Shown: one piece after another, positions 1-9,714 of the stretch
How positions within the stretch are numbered: position 1 is the stretch's first letter
Layout: every line of letters begins with the position of its first letter
NCBI GenBank assembly: GCA_038043285.1
Contig: JBBTCJ010000036.1
Location: 26,822 to 90,821 of the forward strand
DNA from: Planctomycetota bacterium
GTDB lineage: Bacteria; Planctomycetota; Phycisphaerae; UBA1845
DNA length: 64,000 bases
Direction: 5' to 3'
Notes under the pieces: model-generated
What the model saw: only the letters and a program-made list of their open reading frames with translations
Database searches by the model: none
Told to the model about the DNA's origin: nothing
Position numbers and translations under genes: made by a program

Positions 1-377
1 TTCTGGAAACGGGACGCGAGTCGGCGGACATTTTGCTGCGCTTCATCGAAGCTCTCGCGCGTCCCAACGTCAGGGTCAACCTGGACCCGGCCAACTTCGT
101 CGCCTATGGCACAGACGACCCGGTCCGAGCCGCCGTCGCGTTGCGCGAACGAACGGCCGTCGTCCACCTCAAGGACGCCAAGTCGCCGCCACGTCCGGGG
201 ATGTTGCTGGGGAAGCCGGCTTCGCTGGGTTCGGGCGACGCGCAGATCGCCCGTGTGCTCAGCAAACTCCGCGCCGGCGGGTACGAAGGACCGCTTCTCA
301 TTGAGTGCGACGTGCAACGCTTCGGGCTGGAGGTCGTGCGCTCAGCCGTCGATTACGTCAGGTCCATGCTGCGCTGA
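1..377 (+). CDS. sugar phosphate isomerase/epimerase (xylose-isomerase-like TIM barrel), C-terminal fragment; 5' end lies outside the window
   Basis: ORF 33..377 stays open in frame back to position 3. The tail VHLKDAK...LGSGDAQIARVLSKLRAGGYEGPLLIECD matches the C-terminal pattern of AP_endonuc_2-type TIM-barrel proteins. Confidence 0.55.
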   Translation, partial: LETGRESADILLRFIEALARPNVRVNLDPANFVAYGTDDPVRAAVALRERTAVVHLKDAKSPPRPGMLLGKPASLGSGDAQIARVLSKLRAGGYEGPLLIECDVQRFGLEVVRSAVDYVRSMLR

Positions 378-427
378 TTTCGGCGATGGATTCGAGGTCG
401 TCCCGCAAACCATCGCTTGCGCGACCC

Positions 428-2104
428 TCATCCCGGCTCACAGATGATCTGGCTGCATCGCAGCCCGCTATACCAACGGCTCGGCGGGTCGCTCTCGCAC
501 GCGGCCTGGGCCACGTCATCGACGCAGATTGTGGTTTCCAGATTGCAGCACGCCCCACGTCGCGGGCAGACAACGTCTCGGCAGCTTGTCTCCGGATGCC
601 ACTGCTGACCTGCGTCGCGGCAATTGACTTGCGGCACGCCATTGCTGCATTGGCCGAAACGCGTGTCGCAACATGCACCCAGGATCGGGTGGCAGGACAC
701 CGCGCAACAGTGCGCCCCACCGGTCCAGATTTCCCGGACGTCGGCGCAGTAATCCTTCGGTACACTCTCCATGCACGAACCGCTGCGGGTGTCGCAGCAC
801 GCCCCCTCCGACGGAGCGGGGGCGCTCCAGGGCATTGCCGGACAATCGACGCCGATCGCCGCACCGTACCACGGTTCGAACCCCGAACCCAGAAGCAATT
901 CCGCTCCCGCGAGAATGTCCACCGGCGTGCAACGACCGCTGCGGTCCAAATCACATTGGAACGTCGCCATCGGCGGCGAAGTACGTCCCTTCAAGTTCAA
1001 CGCCAGAGCGGTCAGGTCCGCGGCTTCGGCCACCAGATTCTGATCCGCGTCGGCGGGCAATCGACCCATGCAGAAAGTCCGTCCGCTGGCGAGGTGTTCC
1101 ACGCACGTCCAGGCTTCCGAGGGAATCACTCCGGAAAACCCGATGCGAAGGGTATTGCTGGGCGCGGCGGTCAAGGAGGTGATCGGCCAGCTCGTGGGCG
1201 GCGGCGTCACAAACGGCGCGAACGCCGCCGTCGTCAAGCCCGACGGCGATGCGTCGAAATGGAGGTCCATCGACGACCATCCCAAGGCCGTTGACGGGGC
1301 GCCGCGAGCGTGCGGCATTCGGGCATCCACCGCGCAACTCGGCGGCGAACTCACCAGCGGCAGTACTGGACAGACCCCCATCTGAATCGTGAGCGGAAAC
1401 AACTCCGCCGCCACCAACACGTTCTCCGGCGAGGCGAGGAACGTGTCCGCGCAGTCCAACGCAAAGAGGAAAGTCCCGCAGGCGTGCGGAGAGACAACAA
1501 GCCTCAGCGTGCCGCCATACGCAGCCGTGCCGGTGTCCAGTGCGCCCTCGGCATCCAGCGACAATCCAAAGTAGGTGTAATCCAGCGAACCGACGCCTAC
1601 TCCGGGAAGCGATGTCAGCGCCGCAAACACGAAATCCGTACGCATTGCGTCGATGAACGCACCGAGCGCGGGATTGTGGTTCGGTCGCACGCAGATTCCA
1701 CTGCACACTTCGTCAGGCGCACACGTGGCGGCCGTCGAGCAGACCGCCGGATCCAGGGCCGCTTCCCAGCCCACCGGAAACACCGTCGAGTTCCCGCCGC
1801 TGACGACGCCGACCCGCCCGCGAGTCTTGGCGCTGTAGCTTCTCATCCCGCTCGGCAGGGCTGCTCCCCATCCGCTGATTCGAATCTCCGACTCGATTAC
1901 GTCCCCCGGTATCGCCGCCAGGTTCGCGGTCGGCGGAATGAGTGATCCGTTCAGCTTGACTGCGACGAGACCGACCTTCGGCATCGGTGCCGCGACCTCC
2001 GGACCAGCCGACGATACCGAACCAACCAGGGAAGCCGCCGCCGCGAGAAACCTCGCCGCAACGAGCGTCACCCAGGATTCAGACACGCCTGAACGCTTTC
2101 TCAT
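428..2104 (-). CDS. secreted hypothetical protein with three C-terminal 6-Cys repeats
   Basis: ORF 428..2158. The internal ATG at 2104 gives MRKRSGVSESWVTLVAARFLAAAASLVGSVSSA, which looks like a signal peptide. The C-terminal 125 aa are three copies of GACC-x6-C-x8-C-x12/13-C-x4-C. Confidence 0.6.
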   Translation of the reverse strand: MRKRSGVSESWVTLVAARFLAAAASLVGSVSSAGPEVAAPMPKVGLVAVKLNGSLIPPTANLAAIPGDVIESEIRISGWGAALPSGMRSYSAKTRGRVGVVSGGNSTVFPVGWEAALDPAVCSTAATCAPDEVCSGICVRPNHNPALGAFIDAMRTDFVFAALTSLPGVGVGSLDYTYFGLSLDAEGALDTGTAAYGGTLRLVVSPHACGTFLFALDCADTFLASPENVLVAAELFPLTIQMGVCPVLPLVSSPPSCAVDARMPHARGAPSTALGWSSMDLHFDASPSGLTTAAFAPFVTPPPTSWPITSLTAAPSNTLRIGFSGVIPSEAWTCVEHLASGRTFCMGRLPADADQNLVAEAADLTALALNLKGRTSPPMATFQCDLDRSGRCTPVDILAGAELLLGSGFEPWYGAAIGVDCPAMPWSAPAPSEGACCDTRSGSCMESVPKDYCADVREIWTGGAHCCAVSCHPILGACCDTRFGQCSNGVPQVNCRDAGQQWHPETSCRDVVCPRRGACCNLETTICVDDVAQAACESDPPSRWYSGLRCSQIICEPG

Positions 2105-2425
2105 GCAGGAATCTTGGTGAATGAAGTTTCCCGTCCGACGTGCAGGGAGGTCGCGCAATGAGCCTTATGGCTCGCACCCATCAGCGGGAGGCTGCGTTGC
2201 CCTCCGTCCCAATCGTGGGCGGTCCCCTAAGCGGCGCCGCGATCGATCGTACCCCACGCACACCGTAACGCCCGGCACTTCTGGCGGGAACGAAATCCAG
2301 CCGGCGGGTGCTTCTCGGCGCTTCACCGTACCAACGGTTCCGCGCCGTCGCGAACGTGCGGCCGCTCGGCACGCACGCCATATTTATAGGCCGCCCGATA
2401 CACCAAGGCAACCCCGGACGGCCGC

Positions 2426-3208
2426 CTACAACTCGTGACGGATCGCCCAGAGGTCGGGAAACGCCGGCTTGAAAAGCGATTGCTTCAGGAACTCGACGCC
2501 CGGCGAGCCTCCCGTGCCCTTCTTGCTCCCGATCGTCCGCTCCACCAGCTTGATGTGCCTATACCGCCACTCCTGCAATCCTTCGTCGAAGTCGGTCATG
2601 GATTCCAGGAGAATGCCCACGTCGGGTCGAGAGCGGTACAGGGCAAGAAGACCCTCGTGCAACGCGGGCTGCGACTCGACCGCGAGCGTCATGTCCCGCG
2701 ATCGCAGCTCCGACGGAATCGGCACGCCGTAGTGTTCCAGGAAATCGTAGAAATGGTCGACCAGGCTGCGATCGCGCAGGCGACGCTCCAACGCCCCCAC
2801 CGATTCCCCCGTCGCGGTCTGATACCTCAACGTCTCGGGCCGCTTGTATCCCAGCAGAAACTCCAACTCACGAAACTGCGCCGACTGGAAACCCGACGCA
2901 TCTTCCAGCCGATCCCGAAAACTGGTGAACGACATCGGCGTCATGGTTTCGAGCACGTCGAGCTGCTGCACCAGCGTTTTCATCACCGTGCGCACGCGCT
3001 TAAACGTGTGGATCGCCGCGTAAAGATCGTTGTTCGAGAAGTCCGCCTTCACCTTGTCCAGTTCGTGCAGCAACAGCTTGAACCAAAGTTCGTAGGTCTG
3101 ATGGATGACGATAAAAAGCATCTCGTCGTGTTCCGGCGGGCTGGATCTCGATTGCTGGAGGCCAAGCAGCGTATCGAGCTGAAGGTAACGGCCGTAGGTC
3201 AGGGACAT
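2426..3208 (-). CDS. kynA: tryptophan 2,3-dioxygenase
   Basis: MSLTYGRYLQLDTLLGLQ...HDEMLFIVIHQTYELWFKLLLHEL is the characteristic bacterial TDO N-terminus. Its length of 260 aa fits the family. Confidence 0.9.
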   Translation of the reverse strand: MSLTYGRYLQLDTLLGLQQSRSSPPEHDEMLFIVIHQTYELWFKLLLHELDKVKADFSNNDLYAAIHTFKRVRTVMKTLVQQLDVLETMTPMSFTSFRDRLEDASGFQSAQFRELEFLLGYKRPETLRYQTATGESVGALERRLRDRSLVDHFYDFLEHYGVPIPSELRSRDMTLAVESQPALHEGLLALYRSRPDVGILLESMTDFDEGLQEWRYRHIKLVERTIGSKKGTGGSPGVEFLKQSLFKPAFPDLWAIRHEL

Positions 3209-3361
3209 CGTCGGACAGGGCCTTTCAATTCTCGCCTGCGCGCAAAGGCGGGTGCCACGGGCGGATCGTCCGCCATTGCCGCCATCCGCTCAAAGGACTG
3301 GGGAACCGACAATGAAAGAACGATTCACCGTAGGGTTCCCCTGTCAGAGCTTCCTCGGCCG

Positions 3362-4687
3362 TTACCTCGCCGAGAGAAATCCAAGGATCAGCACCAGCAA
3401 CAGGCCGACGGTCGATGCCGCCACAAGCCAGCGGATCTGTTGCTTCGCCCGCTTCACCGCCTCCGCGTAGGGAGTTCGAGTGAACGACACCATCGTATAC
3501 AACGGGACATAGATCCCCGGCAGCAGCTTCGCCAACAGTTTCTCGCCCTTCTTCTTCATCAGGAAGACCTTCGACCCGGTCTTGTCGCGCATCTCGACAA
3601 AGTTCCCGATCGCCAGGTCCGCCAGCGCATCCGCGTTGGGCTTCCGCAACCGTTCATACTCGCCAAACGCGAGTCGCCAATCCGGCTTGCACCGCTCCAT
3701 GCACTGATTCAGCACCAGCACGTCCTCGAACGCCGCGTTCATCCCCTGCCCGTAGAACGGAACGACCGCGTGCGCCGCGTCGCCCAGCAACACCACCCGA
3801 TCCTCGACGTGCCACGGGAAGCATCGCACGGTCACCAACGACCCCGTCGGATTCCCGAAATAGTCCTCCACGAAATGCGGCATCAGCGGCGCCGCGTCCG
3901 GAAACTGGGCCCTGAAAAAACGCTCCAGGTCGCCGCGATCCCGGATCGCCATGAAGCTGTTCTTCCCCTCGAAGGGCCAAAAGAGCGTCGCCGTAAACGA
4001 CGCATCGGCGTTGCCCAGCGCGATCATCATGAACGACCTCCGCGGCCAAATGTGCAGCGCGTTCTTCTCCAGCAAGAACTCGCCGCCCGGACCCGGCGGA
4101 ATGGTCAACTCCTTGTAGCCGTGCTCCAGGTAGTCCTGGCGATAATCGAACCGATCGCCCCGCTGCATGGCCTTCCGCACCGCCGAGAACGCACCATCGG
4201 CGCTCACGATCACGTCCGCGCTGACCGTCTTGTGCTGACCCGTCGTGGCGTCGACGAACTCGGCTTTCCGTCCGTCGATGTCGACGTCGGTGCACTTGTG
4301 GTCAAAGAACAATCGAACGTTGGGATACTTCTCGGCGGCCGAAAGCAGGATCGCGTTCAGCCCCCCGCGCGAAACCGAATGGATCGCCTGCGCATCCGAC
4401 ACGCCGTAGGATTGGAAGGCAAGACCACCGTCGAGCCCGTGGATCATCCGCCCGCGCATCGGAACGGCCTGCTGGAGCACCTCGTCCTTCAGGCCGACAG
4501 GCTCCAGCGCACACAACCCGCGATACGAGAGCGCCAGGTTGATGGATCGACCCCGACCCACGTCCGCCTTGCGCAGGTCGTCGCGCAGTTCGTAGACCTC
4601 GACCGAGTACCCCGCCTTGCCGAGATAACACGCGGCCAGCGCGCCGCCCAGGCCTCCGCCGACGATCACAAACTTGGGTCGGTCCAT
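3362..4687 (-). CDS. kmo: kynurenine 3-monooxygenase (FAD-dependent)
   Basis: FAD dinucleotide fold FVIVGGGLGGALAACYL, a KMO-like core (RSINLALSYRG, DRVVLLGDAAHAVVPFYGQGMN) and a C-terminal hydrophobic anchor. The start is placed at ATG 4687 (MDRPKF), because the longer ORF start at 4849 would run into accC. Confidence 0.85.
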   Translation of the reverse strand: MDRPKFVIVGGGLGGALAACYLGKAGYSVEVYELRDDLRKADVGRGRSINLALSYRGLCALEPVGLKDEVLQQAVPMRGRMIHGLDGGLAFQSYGVSDAQAIHSVSRGGLNAILLSAAEKYPNVRLFFDHKCTDVDIDGRKAEFVDATTGQHKTVSADVIVSADGAFSAVRKAMQRGDRFDYRQDYLEHGYKELTIPPGPGGEFLLEKNALHIWPRRSFMMIALGNADASFTATLFWPFEGKNSFMAIRDRGDLERFFRAQFPDAAPLMPHFVEDYFGNPTGSLVTVRCFPWHVEDRVVLLGDAAHAVVPFYGQGMNAAFEDVLVLNQCMERCKPDWRLAFGEYERLRKPNADALADLAIGNFVEMRDKTGSKVFLMKKKGEKLLAKLLPGIYVPLYTMVSFTRTPYAEAVKRAKQQIRWLVAASTVGLLLVLILGFLSAR

Positions 4688-4723
4688 CCCAATCACACCT
4701 GCCGGCGATGATCCGCCTCCTGT

Positions 4724-4750
4724 CCGTGCCGCGACCGTCAGGGAGCGGCC
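4724..4750. repeat. solo copy of intergenic repeat family A (CCGTGCCGCGACCGTCAGGGAGCGGCC)
   Basis: 26 of 27 positions are identical to 8321..8347. It lies in the kmo-accC intergenic gap. Confidence 0.8.
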
Positions 4751-4805
4751 TACTTGGTTTTCGGCAACCGCACCGGACCATCCCCATGGCGACAAAAGGC
4801 GATCG

Positions 4806-6143
4806 CTAGAACGACCGCTCGACAAAACCCGTGTCGATGTTCCCGTCAAGAAAATCAGGGTGGGCCATCATCTTCCGCAGAAACGGAAGCGTCGTCCGCA
4901 ACGGTTCGATGTGAAACTCTCGCAACGCCCGCTGCATACATCGAATCGCCTCCGGCCGTGTCGGCTGATGCACCAGCAGCTTCGCCAACAGCGAATCGTA
5001 CTGTGGAGACAGGCGATACCCCTCGTACCCGTGCGTGTCCACGCGAACCCCCGGCCCGCCGGGAACGCGAAACTTCTCCACGACCCCCGCGCAGGGGCGG
5101 AACTTCTCGTCCGGATCCTCCGCATTGATCCGGCATTCGATCGCGTGTCCCGCGGGCCGCACGGCTTTTTGAACAAACCCCAACGGCTCGCCGGCCGCCG
5201 CCCGGATCTGGGCCTTGATCAGATCGATCCGGGTCACCAATTCACTGACCGGATGTTCGACCTGAATGCGCGTGTTGACCTCAATGAAGTAGAACCGCCC
5301 GCGCGAGTCGACCAGGAACTCCACCGTCCCCGCGCTGTCGTAACGCGCCGCCTTGGCCAGCTTCACCGCCGCGGCACAAAGGCTCTCCCGCGTGCGCGTG
5401 TCGATCGCCGGAGACGGCGACTCCTCCACCAGTTTCTGGTGCCGACGCTGCAGCGTGCAATCACGCTCATACAGGTGCACGACGTTCCCGTGACGATCCG
5501 CAAGAATCTGCACCTCGACGTGACGCGGACGGTCGATGTACCGCTCGATGTAGACCGAACTGTCCTTGAAGGCGTTGTCCGCTTCCTGCCTCGCCTGCTT
5601 CAGCGACGACAGTAGATCGGTTTTGTCGTACGCCACGCGCATCCCGCGCCCTCCGCCCCCCGCCGCCGCCTTGATCATCACCGGAAAGCCGATCTTCTCC
5701 GCCAAGCGGACGGCCTCGTTGTCGTCCTCCAACACCCCGTCGCTTCCCGGAATAATCGCAACCTTCGCCCGTTTCGCCACGCTCCGCGCCGACGCCTTGT
5801 CTCCCAGCAACCGCATCGCCGCCGCGTTCGGACCGATGAACTCGATGTTGCACGCCCGGCATTTCTCCGCAAACGCCGCGTTCTCCGCCAGGAAACCATA
5901 CCCTGGATGAATCGCGTCGGCCTTCGCCACCTCCGCCGCCGCGATCAGCCGATCGCTCTTTAGATAACTCTCCTTCGGCGAGGCCCCCCCGATGCAGATC
6001 GCCTGATCCGCCAGTTCAAGATACGCCGAACCCCGATCGTCCTCCGAAAAAACGCACGCGACCTCAATGTTCAACTCCCGGCACGCGCGGATGATGCGCA
6101 GCGCGATCTCCCCTCGGTTGGCGATCAGGATGCGTCGAAACAT
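4806..6143 (-). CDS. accC: acetyl-CoA carboxylase, biotin carboxylase subunit
   Basis: [27 protein letters not shown]... plus an ATP-grasp core along the full length. The start at ATG 6143 gives the canonical N-terminus. Confidence 0.95.
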   Translation of the reverse strand: MFRRILIANRGEIALRIIRACRELNIEVACVFSEDDRGSAYLELADQAICIGGASPKESYLKSDRLIAAAEVAKADAIHPGYGFLAENAAFAEKCRACNIEFIGPNAAAMRLLGDKASARSVAKRAKVAIIPGSDGVLEDDNEAVRLAEKIGFPVMIKAAAGGGGRGMRVAYDKTDLLSSLKQARQEADNAFKDSSVYIERYIDRPRHVEVQILADRHGNVVHLYERDCTLQRRHQKLVEESPSPAIDTRTRESLCAAAVKLAKAARYDSAGTVEFLVDSRGRFYFIEVNTRIQVEHPVSELVTRIDLIKAQIRAAAGEPLGFVQKAVRPAGHAIECRINAEDPDEKFRPCAGVVEKFRVPGGPGVRVDTHGYEGYRLSPQYDSLLAKLLVHQPTRPEAIRCMQRALREFHIEPLRTTLPFLRKMMAHPDFLDGNIDTGFVERSF

Positions 6144-6221
6144 GGATGCCTTGGCGCGGGTCACGGAGAATCAATACGATGGTCTGGAGAATCAGCGACG
6201 ATCACGCCGCGACCGGCAATA

Positions 6222-6731
6222 CTACGAAGGCTTCACCAGGAACAACGGCTGACCATATTCCACCGCCTCGCCGTTTCCCACCAGCACGCGCTCGATCGTG
6301 CCCGACGTCTCGGCCTTGATCTCGCTGAACACCTTCATCGCCTCGAGAACACAGACCACCGTCGCAGGACCGACGTGGCTCCCCGCTTGCACAAACGGCG
6401 GCGACTCCGGATCCGGCGCCGAATAGAACGTCCCCACCATCGGCGAGCGAATCTCCACCAGTTCCGTCGCCGCCTCCTCGACCGTCGAGCCGGCCGCCCC
6501 ACCCCCGCTCGGTCCCATCGCCGGCATGGGGCCGGAATACGAAGGAATCGCATGGAAAACCGTCTCCGATCCCTTCGGGTTCGGACGACGCAGCGTCACT
6601 TCCGTCTCCCCGTCACGCACGCTCAGCTCCACGAGGTCATTGGAGACCATCATCTCGATCAACTGACGTATCTGATCAATATCGGGCACCTTCACGCGCT
6701 CCCGCACCTCAGCCGAATCTTCCAACAACAA
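6222..6731 (-). CDS. accB: acetyl-CoA carboxylase biotin carboxyl carrier protein
   Basis: C-terminal biotinyl domain with the EAMKVFSEI motif, a Pro/Ala/Gly linker, and a position directly upstream of accC. The start is uncertain: TTG at 6731, or GTG at 6689 which would give [14 protein letters not shown]. Confidence 0.9.
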   Translation of the reverse strand: MLLEDSAEVRERVKVPDIDQIRQLIEMMVSNDLVELSVRDGETEVTLRRPNPKGSETVFHAIPSYSGPMPAMGPSGGGAAGSTVEEAATELVEIRSPMVGTFYSAPDPESPPFVQAGSHVGPATVVCVLEAMKVFSEIKAETSGTIERVLVGNGEAVEYGQPLFLVKPS

Positions 6732-6870
6732 CGCCTTGTGCCATCAGAGCCGCGACGGTAAGCGAGTGGAGCAGTTCTTGAACCGTATCACGATCGTCCA
6801 AGAGCATCCTTGCCTGCCCAACCCCGCTGCACCGCATGTCGCGGCCATCGAACGCCCTTGAGGTTCGACG

Positions 6871-7980
6871 CTAGATCACCGCGCTGGACAAACTCTTCGG
6901 CAGGCTCGTAAGGACTCGACAACCGCTCCGCGTCACCAACACGTCGTCTTCAATCCGGACGCCGCCGAAACCGGGTAAATACACCCCCGGCTCGACCGTG
7001 ACGACCATTCCCGTCTCGAGCTTTTCCTCGGACCGCCAACTCAGCGACGGCGCCTCGTGAATGTCCAACCCGAACCCGTGACCGAGTCCGTGCGTGAACC
7101 GCTTTCCATACCCCGACTTCGCGATCGCCTTTCGCGCCACCGCGTCCACGTCGCACATCCGCCGACCCGGACGAATCTCCGCGATCGCCGCCAATTGGGC
7201 GTCGAGAACGATCGGGTAGAGCCTCTCGAACGTGCGCGGGATGCTACCGATGAACACCATACGGGTCAAATCACTGCAGTACCTCCCGACCTTCGCACCC
7301 CAATCGAAGAGAACCGCGCTCCCCTTCTTGACTCGTCGCCCGCCGGGAACCGCGTGCGGCAGCGCCGAGTGTGCCCCCTCGGCGCAGATCGTCGGAAACG
7401 CAACCCCTTCCGCCCCGCGCCGCTTCATCTCGTATTCCAGGCGGGCGGCCATCTCCCGCTCCGTCTGACCTACGCGAATCGTCTTCCGCGTCGCTAAGAA
7501 CGCCTCTTCCGCCGTTCGGATCGAGCGCCGAATGATCGCCAATTCGCTCGGCGATTTCACTTTCCGCTTCGCCGTCGTGAACGGCGACGCGGGAACCAAC
7601 TTCATCCCCTTCACCCGCCGCCGCAGTTCTGCCTGGTCGCTCAGCGTAAAGTGCCCCGCCTGCACCGCGAGTTTCTTGATCCGCAACTTCTGACACACGT
7701 TGCCGATCTCGTCGTGCAAGACGCCCCTGCGCATCCACACTCGGGCCCACAACACCTCCCGCTTCGCCTCGTTCTCGAAGCGTGCGTCGGTGATCACGTG
7801 CACCTCATCCCGCGTGACAATCACCGCCGACTGATTCGGCGTGTAACCCATCAGATAGAAATAGTCGTTGTCACTGGTCAGCAGCAGCCCCCCGGCGCCC
7901 AGCGTACGAAGCTCCTTGCGACAGAGCGCAATCCGACCCACGTGCTCCTTACCCGGCCCACGCCTTGCCCTCTTGGCCAT
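6871..7980 (-). CDS. Xaa-Pro aminopeptidase / M24 family metallopeptidase
   Basis: Creatinase-like N-domain plus the M24 metal-ligand pattern ([32 protein letters not shown]). The start is placed at ATG 7980 (MAKRARRG); the ORF extends to 8025. Confidence 0.85.
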   Translation of the reverse strand: MAKRARRGPGKEHVGRIALCRKELRTLGAGGLLLTSDNDYFYLMGYTPNQSAVIVTRDEVHVITDARFENEAKREVLWARVWMRRGVLHDEIGNVCQKLRIKKLAVQAGHFTLSDQAELRRRVKGMKLVPASPFTTAKRKVKSPSELAIIRRSIRTAEEAFLATRKTIRVGQTEREMAARLEYEMKRRGAEGVAFPTICAEGAHSALPHAVPGGRRVKKGSAVLFDWGAKVGRYCSDLTRMVFIGSIPRTFERLYPIVLDAQLAAIAEIRPGRRMCDVDAVARKAIAKSGYGKRFTHGLGHGFGLDIHEAPSLSWRSEEKLETGMVVTVEPGVYLPGFGGVRIEDDVLVTRSGCRVLTSLPKSLSSAVI

Positions 7981-8244
7981 CTTGCGTCGCTCCCGCTTTC
8001 TCTTTCCCGACCCGCGGACGTCCACCCTCGTGAACGCCGCGCCTCTTTCTTTTTTTCCCGTTGCTTTCCCGATCCGCGGGCTTTACGCCCGCGCGAAGAC
8101 CCGAATCCCGACCAATCTCCTATCGCCCGAGCAGACCCCGGCCACACGCGTGCATGTTGAGGACGTGCCGGTGCCTTGTCAAAGGAACGATTCCTTTACG
8201 CCGGACCTGTCAACAATTACAATCTTGTCGACAACCGATCAGAG

Positions 8245-8347
8245 CCGCGACCGTAAGGGATGCTTTTTCTGTTTCTGATCTTTACCGCGACCGTCACGGT
8301 GCAGAGCGTCTGTTTCTGATCCGTACCGCGACCGTCAGGGAGCGGCC
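8245..8347. repeat. about 2.5 tandem copies (period ~41 bp) of repeat family A upstream of kdsA
   Basis: The CCGCGACCGT[A/C]A[G/C]GG cores sit at 8245, 8285 and 8326. CTGTTTCTGATC is repeated at 8269 and 8310. Confidence 0.85.
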
Positions 8348-8362
8348 AGACGTCGCTATGCA

Positions 8363-9193
<831 letters not shown>

Positions 9194-9259
9194 TGGCACT
9201 GTACGCGCTGAACTTTGCGCTCGGCTCGAAAAGTCGCGATTCCCAAGGAAGCCATTCCC

Positions 9260-9643
9260 GTGCGGATCAAACTGAGCAGTGTGATTGTGGACAACCAGGA
9301 GAAGGCCCTCAAGTTCTACACGGAAGTTCTCGGATTCGTGAAGAAAACCGAGGTCCCGTTGGGGGAGTTCAAATGGTTGACCGTCGTTTCGCCCGAAGGA
9401 CCGGACGATCTGGAGCTGCTGCTGGAACCTAACGGAAACCCGGCTGCAAAAACCTACCAGAACGCGCTTCACGAAGCAGGAATACCCTTGACGTTGTTCT
9501 TTGTTGACGACATCCAAGCGGAGTACGAAAGATTGCAGAAACGGGGCGTCGTGTTCCGCACCCAGCCGACGAAGGCCGGACCCGCAACCGTTGCCGTACT
9601 TGACGATACCTGCGGAAACCTCATCCAGATCTGTCAAGTCTAA
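9260..9643 (+). CDS. VOC (glyoxalase/bleomycin-resistance fold) family protein
   Basis: VRIKLSSVIVDNQEKALKFYTEVLGFVKK... follows the VOC pattern. The GTG at 9260 is preceded by AAGGAAG 9 nt upstream. The ORF track starts at TTG 9215. Confidence 0.75.
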   Translation: MRIKLSSVIVDNQEKALKFYTEVLGFVKKTEVPLGEFKWLTVVSPEGPDDLELLLEPNGNPAAKTYQNALHEAGIPLTLFFVDDIQAEYERLQKRGVVFRTQPTKAGPATVAVLDDTCGNLIQICQV

Positions 9644-9658
9644 GGCGGAACTACGACT

Positions 9659-9693
9659 CCCTGAGCCGCGGGCGTTCAGCCCGCGGCTCAGGG
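9659..9693. terminator. perfect 15-bp-stem hairpin (loop GTTCA) between the convergent VOC gene and fliC; repeat family B
   Basis: CCCTGAGCCGCGGGC-GTTCA-GCCCGCGGCTCAGGG, with exactly complementary arms. It sits 16 nt after the VOC stop and 22 nt from the fliC stop. There is only a weak T-run. Confidence 0.5.
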
Positions 9694-9714
9694 TAAATCT
9701 TTCCGCGTTCCCGC

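Noticed and set aside
3242-3257. Sigma-54-like TGGCAC-CCGCC-TTTGC on the minus strand, about 40 nt upstream of kynA
   Set aside because: The GG-to-GC spacing is 11 nt rather than the invariant 10, and there is no functional reason to expect RpoN control. It is most likely a chance match in GC-rich sequence.
2435-4711. A 758-aa plus-strand ORF, the longest in this part of the window
   Set aside because: It lies antisense to kynA and kmo, which have clear family signatures. Its translation is Arg/Pro/Leu-dominated with no motif, which is typical of a shadow ORF in GC-rich DNA.
8245-8347. Possible CRISPR array, suggested by the regularly spaced repeats
   Set aside because: There are only about 2.5 units. 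The 41-bp period leaves no spacer-sized unique segments, because most of each unit is shared. No cas genes are present, and a solo copy sits elsewhere at 4724.
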